From a virus (taxonomy: Duplodnaviria; Heunggongvirae; Uroviricota; Caudoviricetes): a stretch of 64,000 bases of DNA. Below are positions 18,859 to 29,464 of this stretch, piece after piece. The position numbers and the translations under genes were made by a program. The stretch lies in the IMG/VR virus record IMGVR_UViG_3300022594_000256, positions 3,368 to 67,367 of that record. One strand, given 5' to 3'. Under the pieces are notes generated by a model. That model had not been told where the DNA came from. It was given only the letters and a program-made list of their open reading frames with translations, and did not search any database. The number at the start of each line of letters is the position of its first letter. Position 1 is the first letter of the stretch.

Positions 18859-20058
18859 TTAAGCTATTTTGAGCAGGATTGTATCTTCGTTAATGCGTCC
18901 GTTCATTTTAGTATCGGTTGCATTAATGTCTTCTAAGAATTTACGTAGCTGTACTTTACCCGCAGCTTTAAATTCTTTGAGCTTTTCTTCTGGTTTACGA
19001 ATTGTTTTCTGAATACTAGTATGCTCGTTAAATCCAACGATTGTAGTACCTTTAATGCCCAAGTCTTGAAACTCTGCGGCAACATACTTTCCGAGCTTAC
19101 GTGTTTTAGTATTATAAATCCACAATTCTTTTGAACCAATTACATCTGTTGGATTAACGCTAACTAGTTTTAATGGCTCAAAAGTTTTTAGGTATTTGAG
19201 TTTAGCAACTAGCTTATCTTTACTTACTGCTTTTGTTTTACGTGGAGCACGATTAACTTTAGCTTCTTGTGCAAGCATTTCGCAAGCACTCATAATTTCT
19301 TGATAGAACTGCGTAATCTTCTTTAAATTAGCTTTACTAAGGTGGCTATAAGCTTCTTTAAGCTGCTCATCTGCGTCCTTGGTAGCTGCTTCTTCAAGTT
19401 CAGCTAAATCACGCTCGTAGAAGCTTTTAATAATTCTAGTGTGTGCTGCCTTTGCATCAACGGCTTTAAGTAAATTAAGTACCTTAAATGCTTTCGGGTC
19501 AAATGCATCTGGATCAGTTTGAAAACTTTCAATTGCGTTTTCGATCTCATCAGTCATTTTGTAAGCAGCTTCTTTGACACGCTCTTGAATTGAAGGAGTA
19601 TAAACAGCAGGCTTTGCTGCTTCGATTGCCTTAGCTTCGTCTGGATCAATATCGTTTTTGCCTTCTGCAATAACCTTAACAATCTCTTCTCTCAACCAGG
19701 CCGCGGTGTCACGCCCTTTGTTGAAGTCAGGACGCTGTGCCTGCATACCTCGATTTAAACAACAAGCAACAGCACCCATTGTAGTGTTAACACGGCTATC
19801 TTTAACTTTTTTAAACGCTGTGATGTCAGCTTTGGTACAGCCAACTGATTCCATCCATTTAGCAACTGCTGGTTTGTAAGTTTTAATATCAGACTCTAAA
19901 CGATAGTAAGTCATTGCATTTACAAAATATCGATGAAACTGATCCCCGTCCCAAGTTTCACAACCTTCCCAACTCGGACTAGTGTCCTTTACTGCACGAG
20001 TGCGATGCGCGATAACCTGTTTCTTTGTTACTCTAGTTTTAGTTGCTGTTTTAGCCAT
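18859..20058 (-). CDS. hypothetical charged alpha-helical protein
   Basis: 399-aa ORF, ATG start; Lys/Glu/Ala-rich; no recognisable motif. Confidence 0.5.
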   Translation of the reverse strand: MAKTATKTRVTKKQVIAHRTRAVKDTSPSWEGCETWDGDQFHRYFVNAMTYYRLESDIKTYKPAVAKWMESVGCTKADITAFKKVKDSRVNTTMGAVACCLNRGMQAQRPDFNKGRDTAAWLREEIVKVIAEGKNDIDPDEAKAIEAAKPAVYTPSIQERVKEAAYKMTDEIENAIESFQTDPDAFDPKAFKVLNLLKAVDAKAAHTRIIKSFYERDLAELEEAATKDADEQLKEAYSHLSKANLKKITQFYQEIMSACEMLAQEAKVNRAPRKTKAVSKDKLVAKLKYLKTFEPLKLVSVNPTDVIGSKELWIYNTKTRKLGKYVAAEFQDLGIKGTTIVGFNEHTSIQKTIRKPEEKLKEFKAAGKVQLRKFLEDINATDTKMNGRINEDTILLKIA

Positions 20059-20117
20059 TTATGTTATTCCTATTGTTAAACAATATGTATGTAATATACT
20101 AAAAGAAATGTTAAAAG

Positions 20118-22136
20118 TCAACTGTTATCGATTTCAATTTTAATAACTTTTTTGGACTTATTTCGATATTTTTCGTGAACAGTTTCCTTAATTTGGACTT
20201 GATCAGAAATCCAATCTGAGATATTTCCAGATTTAACTATTGTTTCTTCAAAAGATTTATCATACATGGTATTCTCCCATTCTATCACTTTGGCTTTATT
20301 TTCGTCTAATGCTCTATGATTAAATTTATGTGCTAACGTTAATGTATAAGATCCGTCTGCTTTAATTGATATATTAAAAGAAGCAGTATAGTCATTTGCT
20401 AACCATGTCCCGAACGCTGGCAAATCTTTAGCAGGATCAAAATTTATAGACAGGTTAATCTCGCCAAAATACAAATATGCTGCATATGCTATTGCAAGAT
20501 ACTCATTAGCAATGCCCATATTATCATTAAACTGGTTTAAATTTACAAATTGGTCATAATTGCAATATTCTGGAGCATTAGCTGATCTTGAAAATTTATA
20601 AAAGGTATCAACGCTTGAATATTTTTGGCTATTCAATATAACTGAACCGGCATGTCTTTCTAAAATATCTAACCAACTATGAAACAGTTTAATTCTTATA
20701 AACCGGTGTAACACTGTGTTTTTAAAATCTTCAGTGTACCATGCACCTAAGAATGGCTGTTCACCTGGGAACCGATCTCCAACCATTTTATAAATTTTCC
20801 AATCGGTGTCCATATGACTTGCTTTAGCAGGTCCGGCACCGAACCCTGGACTAATGGCTCCGATGTGTTTTCTAGCATTGGCAATTAGTTGTAAACTATG
20901 CAAAAAGTCTATAGGTTCTTCTGTTGGAAATCCAACAATCCAATTCACGTGATTAAACAAACCAACTTCTGCCCCGTCACGAAGATTGTTTTCGATTTCC
21001 CAAATTTCAATTTTTTTACGCATATCAAGAAGTACTTTTTGGCTTCCCGATTCGACCCCGTAGCTTAAACAAGTACAACCGCTATCTTTAATTTTTTGAA
21101 TAAACGCTCGATCCATTCGTCCATCACATCGAACATAGCTGTTCCACCAGATTTTAAGTTTTTTTTCTAAGACCAAATCTATCAGTCTTTTAAAATTATT
21201 AATATTGCCGTTTGCTAAACTATCAACAAACCAAAATCTTTTAACACCATATTGATTAATTTGGTGTTCCATTTCTTCTATTACCCGATCCGGTGTTCTG
21301 CTTCGATATTTCCAAAAATATGTCTCGGCGCAAAAGCTGCACTCTGCTACACATCCTCTTGATGTTTCGATACTTACACCGTCAGGGTGTTGATAACTTG
21401 TTAAATTGTAATCAGAGTAGTCGGGAAATGGTAAAGCTTCTAGTTGTAATTTGCTATCAGTAGTTCCGATCTTCTCACCCATCGGATATGTTTCAGGTAA
21501 ATTTTCTAATAGTTCTATTAGTGTTCCTTCAGTTTCTCCTACAAAAAAGTAGTTAAACGGAAAATTAAAAATAGAAGATCCTGTAAGTGTTTCGGGGCCG
21601 CCAGCAATGTAACATGCATCTGGTAGTCTAGATTTTAATTCTTTGATAAAATATTCAACAGCATGTATATTAGTATTATAAACACTAAACCCGATAACTT
21701 TAGGATTGGACTCAACTATCTCATTAATTGCTCTATCAAGTAGAGGTTTTATAATAGGAAGAATTTTTTCATTAAAATTTTCTTTATGATCCCATAGGAA
21801 ATATTTTTCACCTCTCCAATAGTCATCGTTGACTATTTTTTTAATCTCGTGAAACGACTCGATGTTTAAATCATAAGTTTTTGTACTGTATCCGTAATGG
21901 CGTATTAGACCTGTAAGTTTAGCTAGATTATATGGCGGAAATAAAATACCCCATGCTGGTAGCATAACCATGGCAACTCTGTATTTGTCAGTAGCATCCC
22001 ATGGTCTATTAAAAATTTCAAATGTTGGATTTGTTTTATTAACATTTCCTAAATGACTATTGGCATGATTAATTTTATCTTTTTCTAATATATGATCTAG
22101 AATAACTTGATCTCTGTCTTTGTTAGTATTGCTCAT
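20118..22136 (-). CDS. B12-binding radical SAM protein (class B)
   Basis: 672 aa; Cx3Cx2C = SRGCVAECSFCAE; N-terminal Rossmann-like cobalamin-binding region (IGFSVYNTNIHAVEYFIKELKSRLPDACYIAGGPE); ATGA overlap with upstream gene. Confidence 0.7.
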   Translation of the reverse strand: MSNTNKDRDQVILDHILEKDKINHANSHLGNVNKTNPTFEIFNRPWDATDKYRVAMVMLPAWGILFPPYNLAKLTGLIRHYGYSTKTYDLNIESFHEIKKIVNDDYWRGEKYFLWDHKENFNEKILPIIKPLLDRAINEIVESNPKVIGFSVYNTNIHAVEYFIKELKSRLPDACYIAGGPETLTGSSIFNFPFNYFFVGETEGTLIELLENLPETYPMGEKIGTTDSKLQLEALPFPDYSDYNLTSYQHPDGVSIETSRGCVAECSFCAETYFWKYRSRTPDRVIEEMEHQINQYGVKRFWFVDSLANGNINNFKRLIDLVLEKKLKIWWNSYVRCDGRMDRAFIQKIKDSGCTCLSYGVESGSQKVLLDMRKKIEIWEIENNLRDGAEVGLFNHVNWIVGFPTEEPIDFLHSLQLIANARKHIGAISPGFGAGPAKASHMDTDWKIYKMVGDRFPGEQPFLGAWYTEDFKNTVLHRFIRIKLFHSWLDILERHAGSVILNSQKYSSVDTFYKFSRSANAPEYCNYDQFVNLNQFNDNMGIANEYLAIAYAAYLYFGEINLSINFDPAKDLPAFGTWLANDYTASFNISIKADGSYTLTLAHKFNHRALDENKAKVIEWENTMYDKSFEETIVKSGNISDWISDQVQIKETVHEKYRNKSKKVIKIEIDNS

Positions 22137-23143
22137 AGTTTAATCCGATCAAAAATTTCTTCAGGGCTTATATCGTTAATGGAGTCTACAATTTTTAAAA
22201 CCATACCTACGATGTTACTGTTATTCATAAGATACTGTACTCCTAATAGTGATACTTGTATGTTGTCACAAAGTCCTACAATGTTAAACGCATCTTCTAA
22301 CATTTTTTTTGGATCAGGGTGACAGTCTAATTTAGCACACAATATTATCTGTTTTTTGTCGACCCATTTTCTTAAATATTTAGAGTATGAGTCTGGTGCT
22401 ATAAGATAATCTACTTCTTGTATTATCCTAGCACATTGTATCATTGATGCCTTTCCTACTAAATTAATTATCCGATCATCGAATAATATTGTAGGATCAA
22501 CTATATAGTTTGGTCTATCAATTAAAAGAATTTTAGAAGATGGATATCTTCCTAGAATTAGTTTAAAAAGTTTTACATAGTTTGCAGCATCATATTTTTT
22601 AGCTGAATTACTACCGGATAGCTGTACGCAAAAAGTGTAGTCAGCACCGCTTAACAAACTATGAACCCATTCATCTTCTAATTCTATTTTCCAGCCACCT
22701 TGCTCGTTTTCATATAAACCTTTTAGTTGACTCGATTCGGAAAACGATGGATAGTTGTTACATCTATAATTATTAAGTTCTGGAACATCCGTGACTGCAA
22801 ACGTGTTTTGATCGACTAATTGAAAAAATGGAAAGTGGATCAACAAGTCGTACAATGCTTGATGTACGGGGTAACCTCCCGATACAGTGGTTGTATGTCC
22901 GGTATTATAGTCTGAAACTTTATCATAGTCTCGAATGTAAGCCCATTCACCATTGAGGATCTTTGATCCTCTAAAACGCTCATAAACAAACTCTACAATA
23001 TTTGGATCAGAATATACCCAATATATAAGTAATCCATTCTTTTGGTAATGTTGATATAAAGATGTCTGTTCTGTAAGCATCTTTAAACAATCACCTAGTC
23101 CTCCAAAAAATCTAATTTTAAAAATTACTTGCTTGGATGTCAT
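22133..23143 (-). CDS. hypothetical protein, possibly GT9-like glycosyltransferase
   Basis: 336 aa; N-terminal FFGGLGDCL resembles heptosyltransferase GGIGD motif; coupled on both sides (ATGA). Confidence 0.4.
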   Translation of the reverse strand: MTSKQVIFKIRFFGGLGDCLKMLTEQTSLYQHYQKNGLLIYWVYSDPNIVEFVYERFRGSKILNGEWAYIRDYDKVSDYNTGHTTTVSGGYPVHQALYDLLIHFPFFQLVDQNTFAVTDVPELNNYRCNNYPSFSESSQLKGLYENEQGGWKIELEDEWVHSLLSGADYTFCVQLSGSNSAKKYDAANYVKLFKLILGRYPSSKILLIDRPNYIVDPTILFDDRIINLVGKASMIQCARIIQEVDYLIAPDSYSKYLRKWVDKKQIILCAKLDCHPDPKKMLEDAFNIVGLCDNIQVSLLGVQYLMNNSNIVGMVLKIVDSINDISPEEIFDRIKL

Positions 23144-24249
23144 GGTATCAATGATGTAAGATTTCCAAGTTTTAATTGTGAACTTTTAAAAACTGGATCT
23201 TTTAAGATTTCTATTAGCTCAGATTTACTAGGATGTGTGTCTTGCCAGATTGCCATTTTATTAAATTGCTCATCGGACATATGATACCATTGGGCTAATA
23301 AGTTAGTCCAGATTTTAGGTTTTGATTTAAATTCTAATTGCCATACAACAAACTCTTTAAGTTCTCTGAAGTTATCTCTTTGCACAATAAAGTTAGTTTG
23401 CCAATTTGACATTGCAGGGAAATTACCTTCCTTTACTAGTTGATCTAGTACATCAAGGTTGCGTCTTAATTTTTTAAAGTTACCATTCTTACGAACAATC
23501 TTATAAGTGTCTTCTGTAGCAGCATCTACACTAACTTCAATATAAGTGATAATAGGCCACAATGGTTTAATAGCCAGCAAGTTTTCTTCGGTCATCATGA
23601 CACCATTAGTTTTAAGAGTCAATCGAAGATTGCTAGGTATAGGTTGACTAGCTAGTTCTAGCAAGTAATCCCAATACAGCGGGCTAGCAAATGCATCACC
23701 GCTACCTGTAATATCTAAACTAACTATAGGATGCTGTGTTAATAGAATTTTTATTAAGTCTTTGACATTGTTATGGATCTGTTTAATCATCTGCCCGTTG
23801 GCATCGTCTGGATCATCTGGGCGCCAAACAATGAGATTATTTCTGCAACTAGGACATTGTAAATTACAACTTACATCGTAACTAAACCCAACATGCATAG
23901 CTGCTTTTTTTAGTCTGTTATCTAAATCGCCAACCGGTACTAAGTCCCAATAATCTTTGTTATCATTTAACAGTGAATTTAATTGCGGACATTGATCATT
24001 ACATTTAGTAAAAGACCCGCAACGCATTCCGTCTTGAATGGCTTTTCGATCAATGTTGTTTATAACTTGCTCTGCAGATTCTTTAAGTAAATTTCCTACC
24101 CACACAGGTAACCAGGTATGGCAACATGCACTGACGTTTCCCTGTGTATGAATTTCAATATGCTTAAATGGAACCATGCAAGCAAATTTTGATAATTTTT
24201 CATCAGGATTGTCGTACGATGATTTAGGCTTTGTTATAAATTGTACCAT
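23140..24249 (-). CDS. radical SAM protein
   Basis: 369 aa; Cx3Cx2C = CNLQCPSC; extra Cys pairs (SACCHTW, CNDQCPQ). Confidence 0.6.
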   Translation of the reverse strand: MVQFITKPKSSYDNPDEKLSKFACMVPFKHIEIHTQGNVSACCHTWLPVWVGNLLKESAEQVINNIDRKAIQDGMRCGSFTKCNDQCPQLNSLLNDNKDYWDLVPVGDLDNRLKKAAMHVGFSYDVSCNLQCPSCRNNLIVWRPDDPDDANGQMIKQIHNNVKDLIKILLTQHPIVSLDITGSGDAFASPLYWDYLLELASQPIPSNLRLTLKTNGVMMTEENLLAIKPLWPIITYIEVSVDAATEDTYKIVRKNGNFKKLRRNLDVLDQLVKEGNFPAMSNWQTNFIVQRDNFRELKEFVVWQLEFKSKPKIWTNLLAQWYHMSDEQFNKMAIWQDTHPSKSELIEILKDPVFKSSQLKLGNLTSLIP

Positions 24250-25538
24250 TATTCAAATAACTCTTTTATTTCGGGTATTGTTTTTAACGTATCTTCGTTT
24301 CTTATTTTATCTAATAGAAGAGTATTTTCTTTAAATTGTCGAGCGTTCTCTGCATTAAATGGTTTATCTAAATGCCAGAACAAATGCAAAAACTGAGGAC
24401 GGATATCTACGTTAAATCTTTTTTCGTAACTTAGAATATAGTCTTCTAGCTGTTGCTTAATTGCAGCCCTTGTTTCATCCTTTAGCGCACTAACATGATA
24501 TCTAGGAGAGTATTCTACAACGTTAATTGAAAAGTTAGTCCAGTTTTCTTCTTCCTGTTTAATAACACCGATCTCGATCAATCGATCTAAGATAACAGGA
24601 ATTCTATGAACGTTCATGCAACTTACAGTAATACTTGGTCGGACATGAATATTTAAAGCCGACACTGCTTTTAAATTTGCTTCTACATTTTTCCAATTAG
24701 TACCGCTGCGTATTAGTTCGGCACGATCGTCAATGTCATCAATGCTTGGCCATAACCAAACTTTCTTCCCCCATTTCTTCCAGTAATCTAGGGCATTTTT
24801 ATTTTGATATGTTAATTTACTTAAATTTGAATTATAAGTTAGCACTACGTCATATCTCTGACTTTGATCAAGCATTTCTAAAATTTGCCAATGCTCGTCC
24901 ATTAGTAGCGGTTCCCCACCAGCAAAGTAAATCTTTTCAACAGTACCTACGTATTTTTTTAAGAAGTCTACGTTAGTGGATTGGTCTACGCTATTAATCT
25001 CTAATACTTTTTTGTCGTTAGATACCCAACCTAGTTTTTCCGAATCTGGAATCCATGCACTGCTAAATTCTGGACCACAAGTGCGACACTTGTAGTTACA
25101 TAGGTTACTGAAACGGAAATCCCAATACTTTAAGTCGACATTGTCGACGTGTCCGTCTGGCGCTGTAATAACAGGAATCTCTGCTAATTTTTTACTAAAG
25201 TACTTGTTGTGGTGTATTCTTGTGCTAGTACCGGAACTACGTTCTGCTTCAAAGCATTTACTGCAAGCCTTTGGTTCAACACCGCTAATCATATCCTTGC
25301 GAATACTTTTCATATGATCGCCGTTCCACACTTCTTCAAGAGTTTGTGTCGTAAGATCCCCTGCAAACTCTTTATAGTTTGTAGTCATGCAGCAGTGATA
25401 TACTTTGCCTCTAGGTATAATGTTTAAGTGTACCCACGGCAATGCGCAAATTGTTCCAGATTCCATTTTTACTCGATTATTAGAATATTTTTTATATCTA
25501 CGTTTAATATTTTCTACGACCACCTTAAGAGAAACCAT
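24249..25538 (-). CDS. radical SAM protein with N-terminal Cys-rich extension (family A; paralogues 43502 and 46826)
   Basis: 429 aa; N-terminal CALPWVHLNIIPRGKVYHCC...CSKCF then Cx3Cx2C CNYKCRTC at about residue 150. Confidence 0.65.
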   Translation of the reverse strand: MVSLKVVVENIKRRYKKYSNNRVKMESGTICALPWVHLNIIPRGKVYHCCMTTNYKEFAGDLTTQTLEEVWNGDHMKSIRKDMISGVEPKACSKCFEAERSSGTSTRIHHNKYFSKKLAEIPVITAPDGHVDNVDLKYWDFRFSNLCNYKCRTCGPEFSSAWIPDSEKLGWVSNDKKVLEINSVDQSTNVDFLKKYVGTVEKIYFAGGEPLLMDEHWQILEMLDQSQRYDVVLTYNSNLSKLTYQNKNALDYWKKWGKKVWLWPSIDDIDDRAELIRSGTNWKNVEANLKAVSALNIHVRPSITVSCMNVHRIPVILDRLIEIGVIKQEEENWTNFSINVVEYSPRYHVSALKDETRAAIKQQLEDYILSYEKRFNVDIRPQFLHLFWHLDKPFNAENARQFKENTLLLDKIRNEDTLKTIPEIKELFE

Positions 25539-25735
25539 TCTAAATCCTTTTGATTTTTAAAATCAAATATATGATATGCTGTGCGAGCATGGTATTTAAG
25601 TGTATCCATGCACCACTGATTTATTTCTATATAGACTTCTTCCGGGTATGGTTCTCTAAATTCCCAACCCGGAGTCATTGGCTCCCATACTTCGGCTCTG
25701 TACTGTCCGCTGTCTATTACTACGTCTATGTCCAT
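25514..25735 (-). CDS. hypothetical protein
   Basis: 73-aa ORF, ATG start, same-strand operon context. Confidence 0.35.
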   Translation of the reverse strand: MDIDVVIDSGQYRAEVWEPMTPGWEFREPYPEEVYIEINQWCMDTLKYHARTAYHIFDFKNQKDLEWFLLRWS

Positions 25736-26559
25736 AGTCCGTGTCGAACTTTAATAAGACGAATCATCATAGCTTCGTCTTCTTTTTCGCAGTCGGCTTC
25801 CATCTTGCGTAGCTTCTTCATAGCAATGCTACTCATCTTTTTGAGTTCAGCACTCTTATCAATCCCCCACCCTAGTTTGCCACCGTTAGCTTCACGGCTT
25901 GCTGCACAGTAAGCACTCCAACCACTTGCTTCGTAAGGGTCTGGACGATTACGATATGTTTGTGTCCACCAGGTATAAAGATCAAGAATTTCTTGTGCCT
26001 TAACGGCCTGTGGTGTAAGTTTTCCCAGGTTAGCCGAGTCAGGGCCGACTTCGTCTTCTTGCCAACGAAGCTGTCGTTGCCACTCGAGGTTGTCCAATCC
26101 AGCTTGCGGACAACGCCATGTGCGCCAGCGCCACCATCCTGTTGCCCAGAATGGAACTTTGTATTTTGCTCGCTCTTCTTCGTCTGCCCAGGCGATGTGC
26201 CACCAGGCGAGTTCCACTTCCACAAAATCCTGTAGCTCATTAAATAGGCAAGGCAAAATGCGACCTCCCACATCGTGCCAAGTCCCAGGTTTAATATCGC
26301 GAGGATGGGCAGTAAGAGCGTGAGTACGAGTAACCCAACGGTTATTAATATAGTACTTAATGGAATGGAGTGTATCTGGAATCCAGAAAACAATCTTTTG
26401 AGCATAGTCTAATCCTTCTTCAGCCAACCAATAGCGTACTTTGCTCTGTCCTGCGAGCTTGTGCCAGTTGTCCCAACCTTCGCTAGTCTTAGCTTCGCCC
26501 TTTGGAATTCCACGAACCCAGTCGGCAAACTTACTACATGTCCAATAATGATTACGCAT
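25726..26559 (-). CDS. Trp-rich hypothetical protein
   Basis: 277 aa, ATG start; unusually high Trp content (WWHIAWADEE, WATGWWRWRTWRCP). Confidence 0.5.
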   Translation of the reverse strand: MRNHYWTCSKFADWVRGIPKGEAKTSEGWDNWHKLAGQSKVRYWLAEEGLDYAQKIVFWIPDTLHSIKYYINNRWVTRTHALTAHPRDIKPGTWHDVGGRILPCLFNELQDFVEVELAWWHIAWADEEERAKYKVPFWATGWWRWRTWRCPQAGLDNLEWQRQLRWQEDEVGPDSANLGKLTPQAVKAQEILDLYTWWTQTYRNRPDPYEASGWSAYCAASREANGGKLGWGIDKSAELKKMSSIAMKKLRKMEADCEKEDEAMMIRLIKVRHGLWT

Positions 26560-26561
26560 TT

Positions 26562-27137
26562 TTAACTTATTCCAAATCTATATGTTGTATTAAAACTGAC
26601 CGTGATTCTATTTTTTGTTTCATTCATGTTAGTAAAATGTTCTAACCATGATGGAAACAAGCATAGTAATCCTGTTTTACAAGGCATTGTAAAAAAATTA
26701 TTGTTAAGTTCATTAACATTTTGTACAAATTCATACATACGCAACGGAGCAAGAGGTGAATTAAATGTTAAGCCGACACTACCTTCGTCTGCTTCTACAT
26801 AGAACGCACCACTAACAACACTAATTTCATGACGGTGTGGATTGACTCGATTACCTTCTCCGAGCAAGTTAAACCAACTAACTCCTAGTTCAACTGGTGC
26901 AACTCCTAAGTAATCAATATACTGATTAACGCTATCTTGAATTCGACTACGAAGTCCTGCAATACGAGGATCGTTTAAAATTCTAGTCTCGGTATAATAA
27001 CTACTTACACCGCCATTCAACAACATGTGATCCTGTGTTGGATATTTTTTAATAATATCTAGCAGTATTGGCAGTTCAGGATCATTTGAAAAATCAAATG
27101 ATCCTACCATTGTTGGAAACAAGTGTGCTATATTCAT
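26562..27137 (-). CDS. hypothetical protein, possible Fe(II)/2OG oxygenase fold
   Basis: 191 aa; NPHRHEISVVSGAFYV resembles His-x-Glu/His cupin metal site; weak. Confidence 0.35.
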   Translation of the reverse strand: MNIAHLFPTMVGSFDFSNDPELPILLDIIKKYPTQDHMLLNGGVSSYYTETRILNDPRIAGLRSRIQDSVNQYIDYLGVAPVELGVSWFNLLGEGNRVNPHRHEISVVSGAFYVEADEGSVGLTFNSPLAPLRMYEFVQNVNELNNNFFTMPCKTGLLCLFPSWLEHFTNMNETKNRITVSFNTTYRFGIS

Positions 27138-27254
27138 ACTTTATAAATTTCGTGTACACTTTGAAATGGTGCTTGATAAACGGCAAATCGTGTTGCTTCG
27201 TCTAGTGTTTCAAACATCCTTGATTTCAATGATCCGAGTAACCAATATTTCACT

Positions 27255-27626
27255 TTATACATTCTTCTTCACAAATGGTTCTAGATTAGGTGCAACCCAA
27301 CCTACTGGTTTCAAAACTTTACCGTCTTCACGTTTACGTACAAGTCCAGTATCTTTATCGATTTTAGCAAAGTTAGTACCCATAACTTCTTTCCAACCGC
27401 CTTCGCCATCCATACCTGCACTATGAATAGCGCCGATAGTAACAACTAAAATATCTTCTAAAGCATCTAGTGTTTCAACAAGATCGTTATTGTTAATAGC
27501 TTCTTTGAGTTCTTTAAACTCTTCTTCAATCAAGTTTACGTATAGTGCAAATTGTTCTTTATTAAATGTATCAACAGTCTGTCCACATGCTTTCATAAAT
27601 TTTTCTTGATCGCGAAACGGGTTCAT
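27255..27626 (-). CDS. MazG-like nucleotide pyrophosphohydrolase
   Basis: 123 aa; EExxE...D..D pattern LIEEEFKELKEAINNNDLVETLDALEDILVVTIGAIH typical of all-alpha NTP-PPase. Confidence 0.55.
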   Translation of the reverse strand: MNPFRDQEKFMKACGQTVDTFNKEQFALYVNLIEEEFKELKEAINNNDLVETLDALEDILVVTIGAIHSAGMDGEGGWKEVMGTNFAKIDKDTGLVRKREDGKVLKPVGWVAPNLEPFVKKNV

Positions 27627-27868
27627 ATAATTTCCTTTGTATTAATTGGTAGTTCGCGTACATCATCTTCTGTACACGGTATAGGTTTTCCTTGGTAGTC
27701 TAACATAATAGTACCCCAACGTTTACCATTTTCTTCAAACTCAACAAATGCTCTGTTATATGCACAGAACACGTGAGTTTCGGTAGTTGGTTTAGACATT
27801 AACCCTAACACAACAACAAAGGTAGCGAGGGCTCCCCAAACTATTAGAGTTAATCTTACGTACTTCAT
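27623..27868 (-). CDS. small membrane protein
   Basis: 81 aa; one TM segment LTLIVWGALATFVVVLGLM; ATGA coupled. Confidence 0.4.
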   Translation of the reverse strand: MKYVRLTLIVWGALATFVVVLGLMSKPTTETHVFCAYNRAFVEFEENGKRWGTIMLDYQGKPIPCTEDDVRELPINTKEII

Positions 27869-28113
27869 TTTAGTGCATTCATGGTCTGCTGCTTTGCTTC
27901 TTCTCTTATTTCTTGTTGCTGAATGTTTTGCATTCCTCGAAACAATTCTTCAACAACATGTATGATAGCATTCTTACCGTCTTCAGTCAAGTGGCTGTAT
28001 TCCACACTAACTGTACTTTCGTGCCAAACTTGTCTATTCTTAACAAGTTCCATTAGAGATCCATACACCATATCCTTGTGCATGGATCTTTTAATATCAA
28101 ATTTTCTCGCCAT
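27865..28113 (-). CDS. hypothetical protein (start trimmed to avoid 275-nt overlap with ligase)
   Basis: Track ORF (start 28371) overlaps ligase C-terminus; internal ATG 28113 has GAGG SD. Confidence 0.3.
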   Translation of the reverse strand: MARKFDIKRSMHKDMVYGSLMELVKNRQVWHESTVSVEYSHLTEDGKNAIIHVVEELFRGMQNIQQQEIREEAKQQTMNALK

Positions 28114-29419
28114 TGCTAAAGCCTCTAAAATGGAGAAATCGTGGAAAACGTAAAGAATAAGTACCGTCCTGATTTTGGGTAATCGCATCAGCCCGAACTT
28201 CGACAACTTTGCCAACTGCATCTTCACGGCTGGCCCAATAAGCCACACGCTGATCATCACTAAACCCGCTACCCACATTAACAAGAATTGTACGCCCATC
28301 ATCAACACCTTCACAAACAAATGCGCCAAGTCGCCCGATATTTTTACCAGTACCCTCTTCAACACTAACAACGGTTAAACTAACTTCAATAAATGGTTTC
28401 AACTTGAGCCATGCTACACTACGCTTAACTTCGTAGGGTGCTTCCGGGTCTTTAAGCATAATACCTTCATACCCGCCGGCAATAGCTTGGGCATTAATTT
28501 CTCTGTAACGAGTTTTACCTTCGTCAGTATCTAAGTCAACAAGTTCGTGACCAACAACTGCAACATTAGGCAATGTATCTTTATGCTTTTTGTGCCAGTA
28601 GTAGACCATGTCGCTACGATCCGATTGCTTTTTATCCCAAGCACCTTCCTCAAAGTTTGATAATGGAATAACGTCAAACAAATTAAGAATGGCGTCATCA
28701 CTTTGGACATCGCTCTTACGATGTACTTGTTTCATTAAGTCTTGGAAACTGCTAGACATTACTTCACCATCTAACACTAGGTCGTAAGGTGGAGGGTCTT
28801 GTTTAACTACTGCACTAATCTGTTCTGCAATGTGTGGAAAGTTTACCAACTCCTTACCATTCCGACTAAACATATCGACACGGCCGTCACTGCGAACAAT
28901 AGTGATAACCCGAACCCCATCAAGTTTAACTTCGATAAGTTTTTTTCCTGTAACCTTAGACTCATGGTTTGCACTATCGTGAGCAAGTTGACAACCGAAA
29001 ACAGGAATGCTATAGTCAGCATATTTCTTCTCCACAACTTTATTGATTGTTTTTTCGCTTACACCGCAGCGTAAGTCTTTGATAAGGATACGACGATACC
29101 AACCATTCCACTCACGCTTAGTAGCTGAGTTCATCATTGTTTCGATCATAGTCCTCGCTGTATTACCGGTGACATTGCGAGTGACAAAACCAGTAAGAGC
29201 GAGAGTAAAACTATCCCAAGGTAGCCCAGGACCATCTTCATTTGTTTTCTCCGGTATTTGTTTTAGTCCAAAAGTAATCATTGGATCAAGTGCAAGGCGA
29301 CAACCTTCGAAGAATTCTTTATTACCCATTTCAGCTTGCGCCAAAATGATAGCTTCTTTATTCAAACGCGAAGGGTGATCTTCTAATGAAGAAATAACGC
29401 TGTAGCATGGATCGCTCAT
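28097..29419 (-). CDS. ATP-dependent DNA ligase
   Basis: 440 aa; motif I KLDGVR (adenylated Lys), EGIMLKD, AWLKLK, C-terminal LRFPRFLHFR. Confidence 0.85.
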   Translation of the reverse strand: MSDPCYSVISSLEDHPSRLNKEAIILAQAEMGNKEFFEGCRLALDPMITFGLKQIPEKTNEDGPGLPWDSFTLALTGFVTRNVTGNTARTMIETMMNSATKREWNGWYRRILIKDLRCGVSEKTINKVVEKKYADYSIPVFGCQLAHDSANHESKVTGKKLIEVKLDGVRVITIVRSDGRVDMFSRNGKELVNFPHIAEQISAVVKQDPPPYDLVLDGEVMSSSFQDLMKQVHRKSDVQSDDAILNLFDVIPLSNFEEGAWDKKQSDRSDMVYYWHKKHKDTLPNVAVVGHELVDLDTDEGKTRYREINAQAIAGGYEGIMLKDPEAPYEVKRSVAWLKLKPFIEVSLTVVSVEEGTGKNIGRLGAFVCEGVDDGRTILVNVGSGFSDDQRVAYWASREDAVGKVVEVRADAITQNQDGTYSLRFPRFLHFRGFSNGEKI

Positions 29420-29464
29420 CTTAACCTCTTTAACTGTTTAAGTGTATATTATACACTCTAGTTA

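Noticed and set aside
25872-26405. 177-aa and 91/77-aa ORFs (25872..26405, 25960..26235, 26090..26323) overlapping the Trp-rich gene 25726..26559
   Set aside because: Alternative-frame or antisense ORFs within a longer ORF that is part of a coupled operon. Low-complexity translations.
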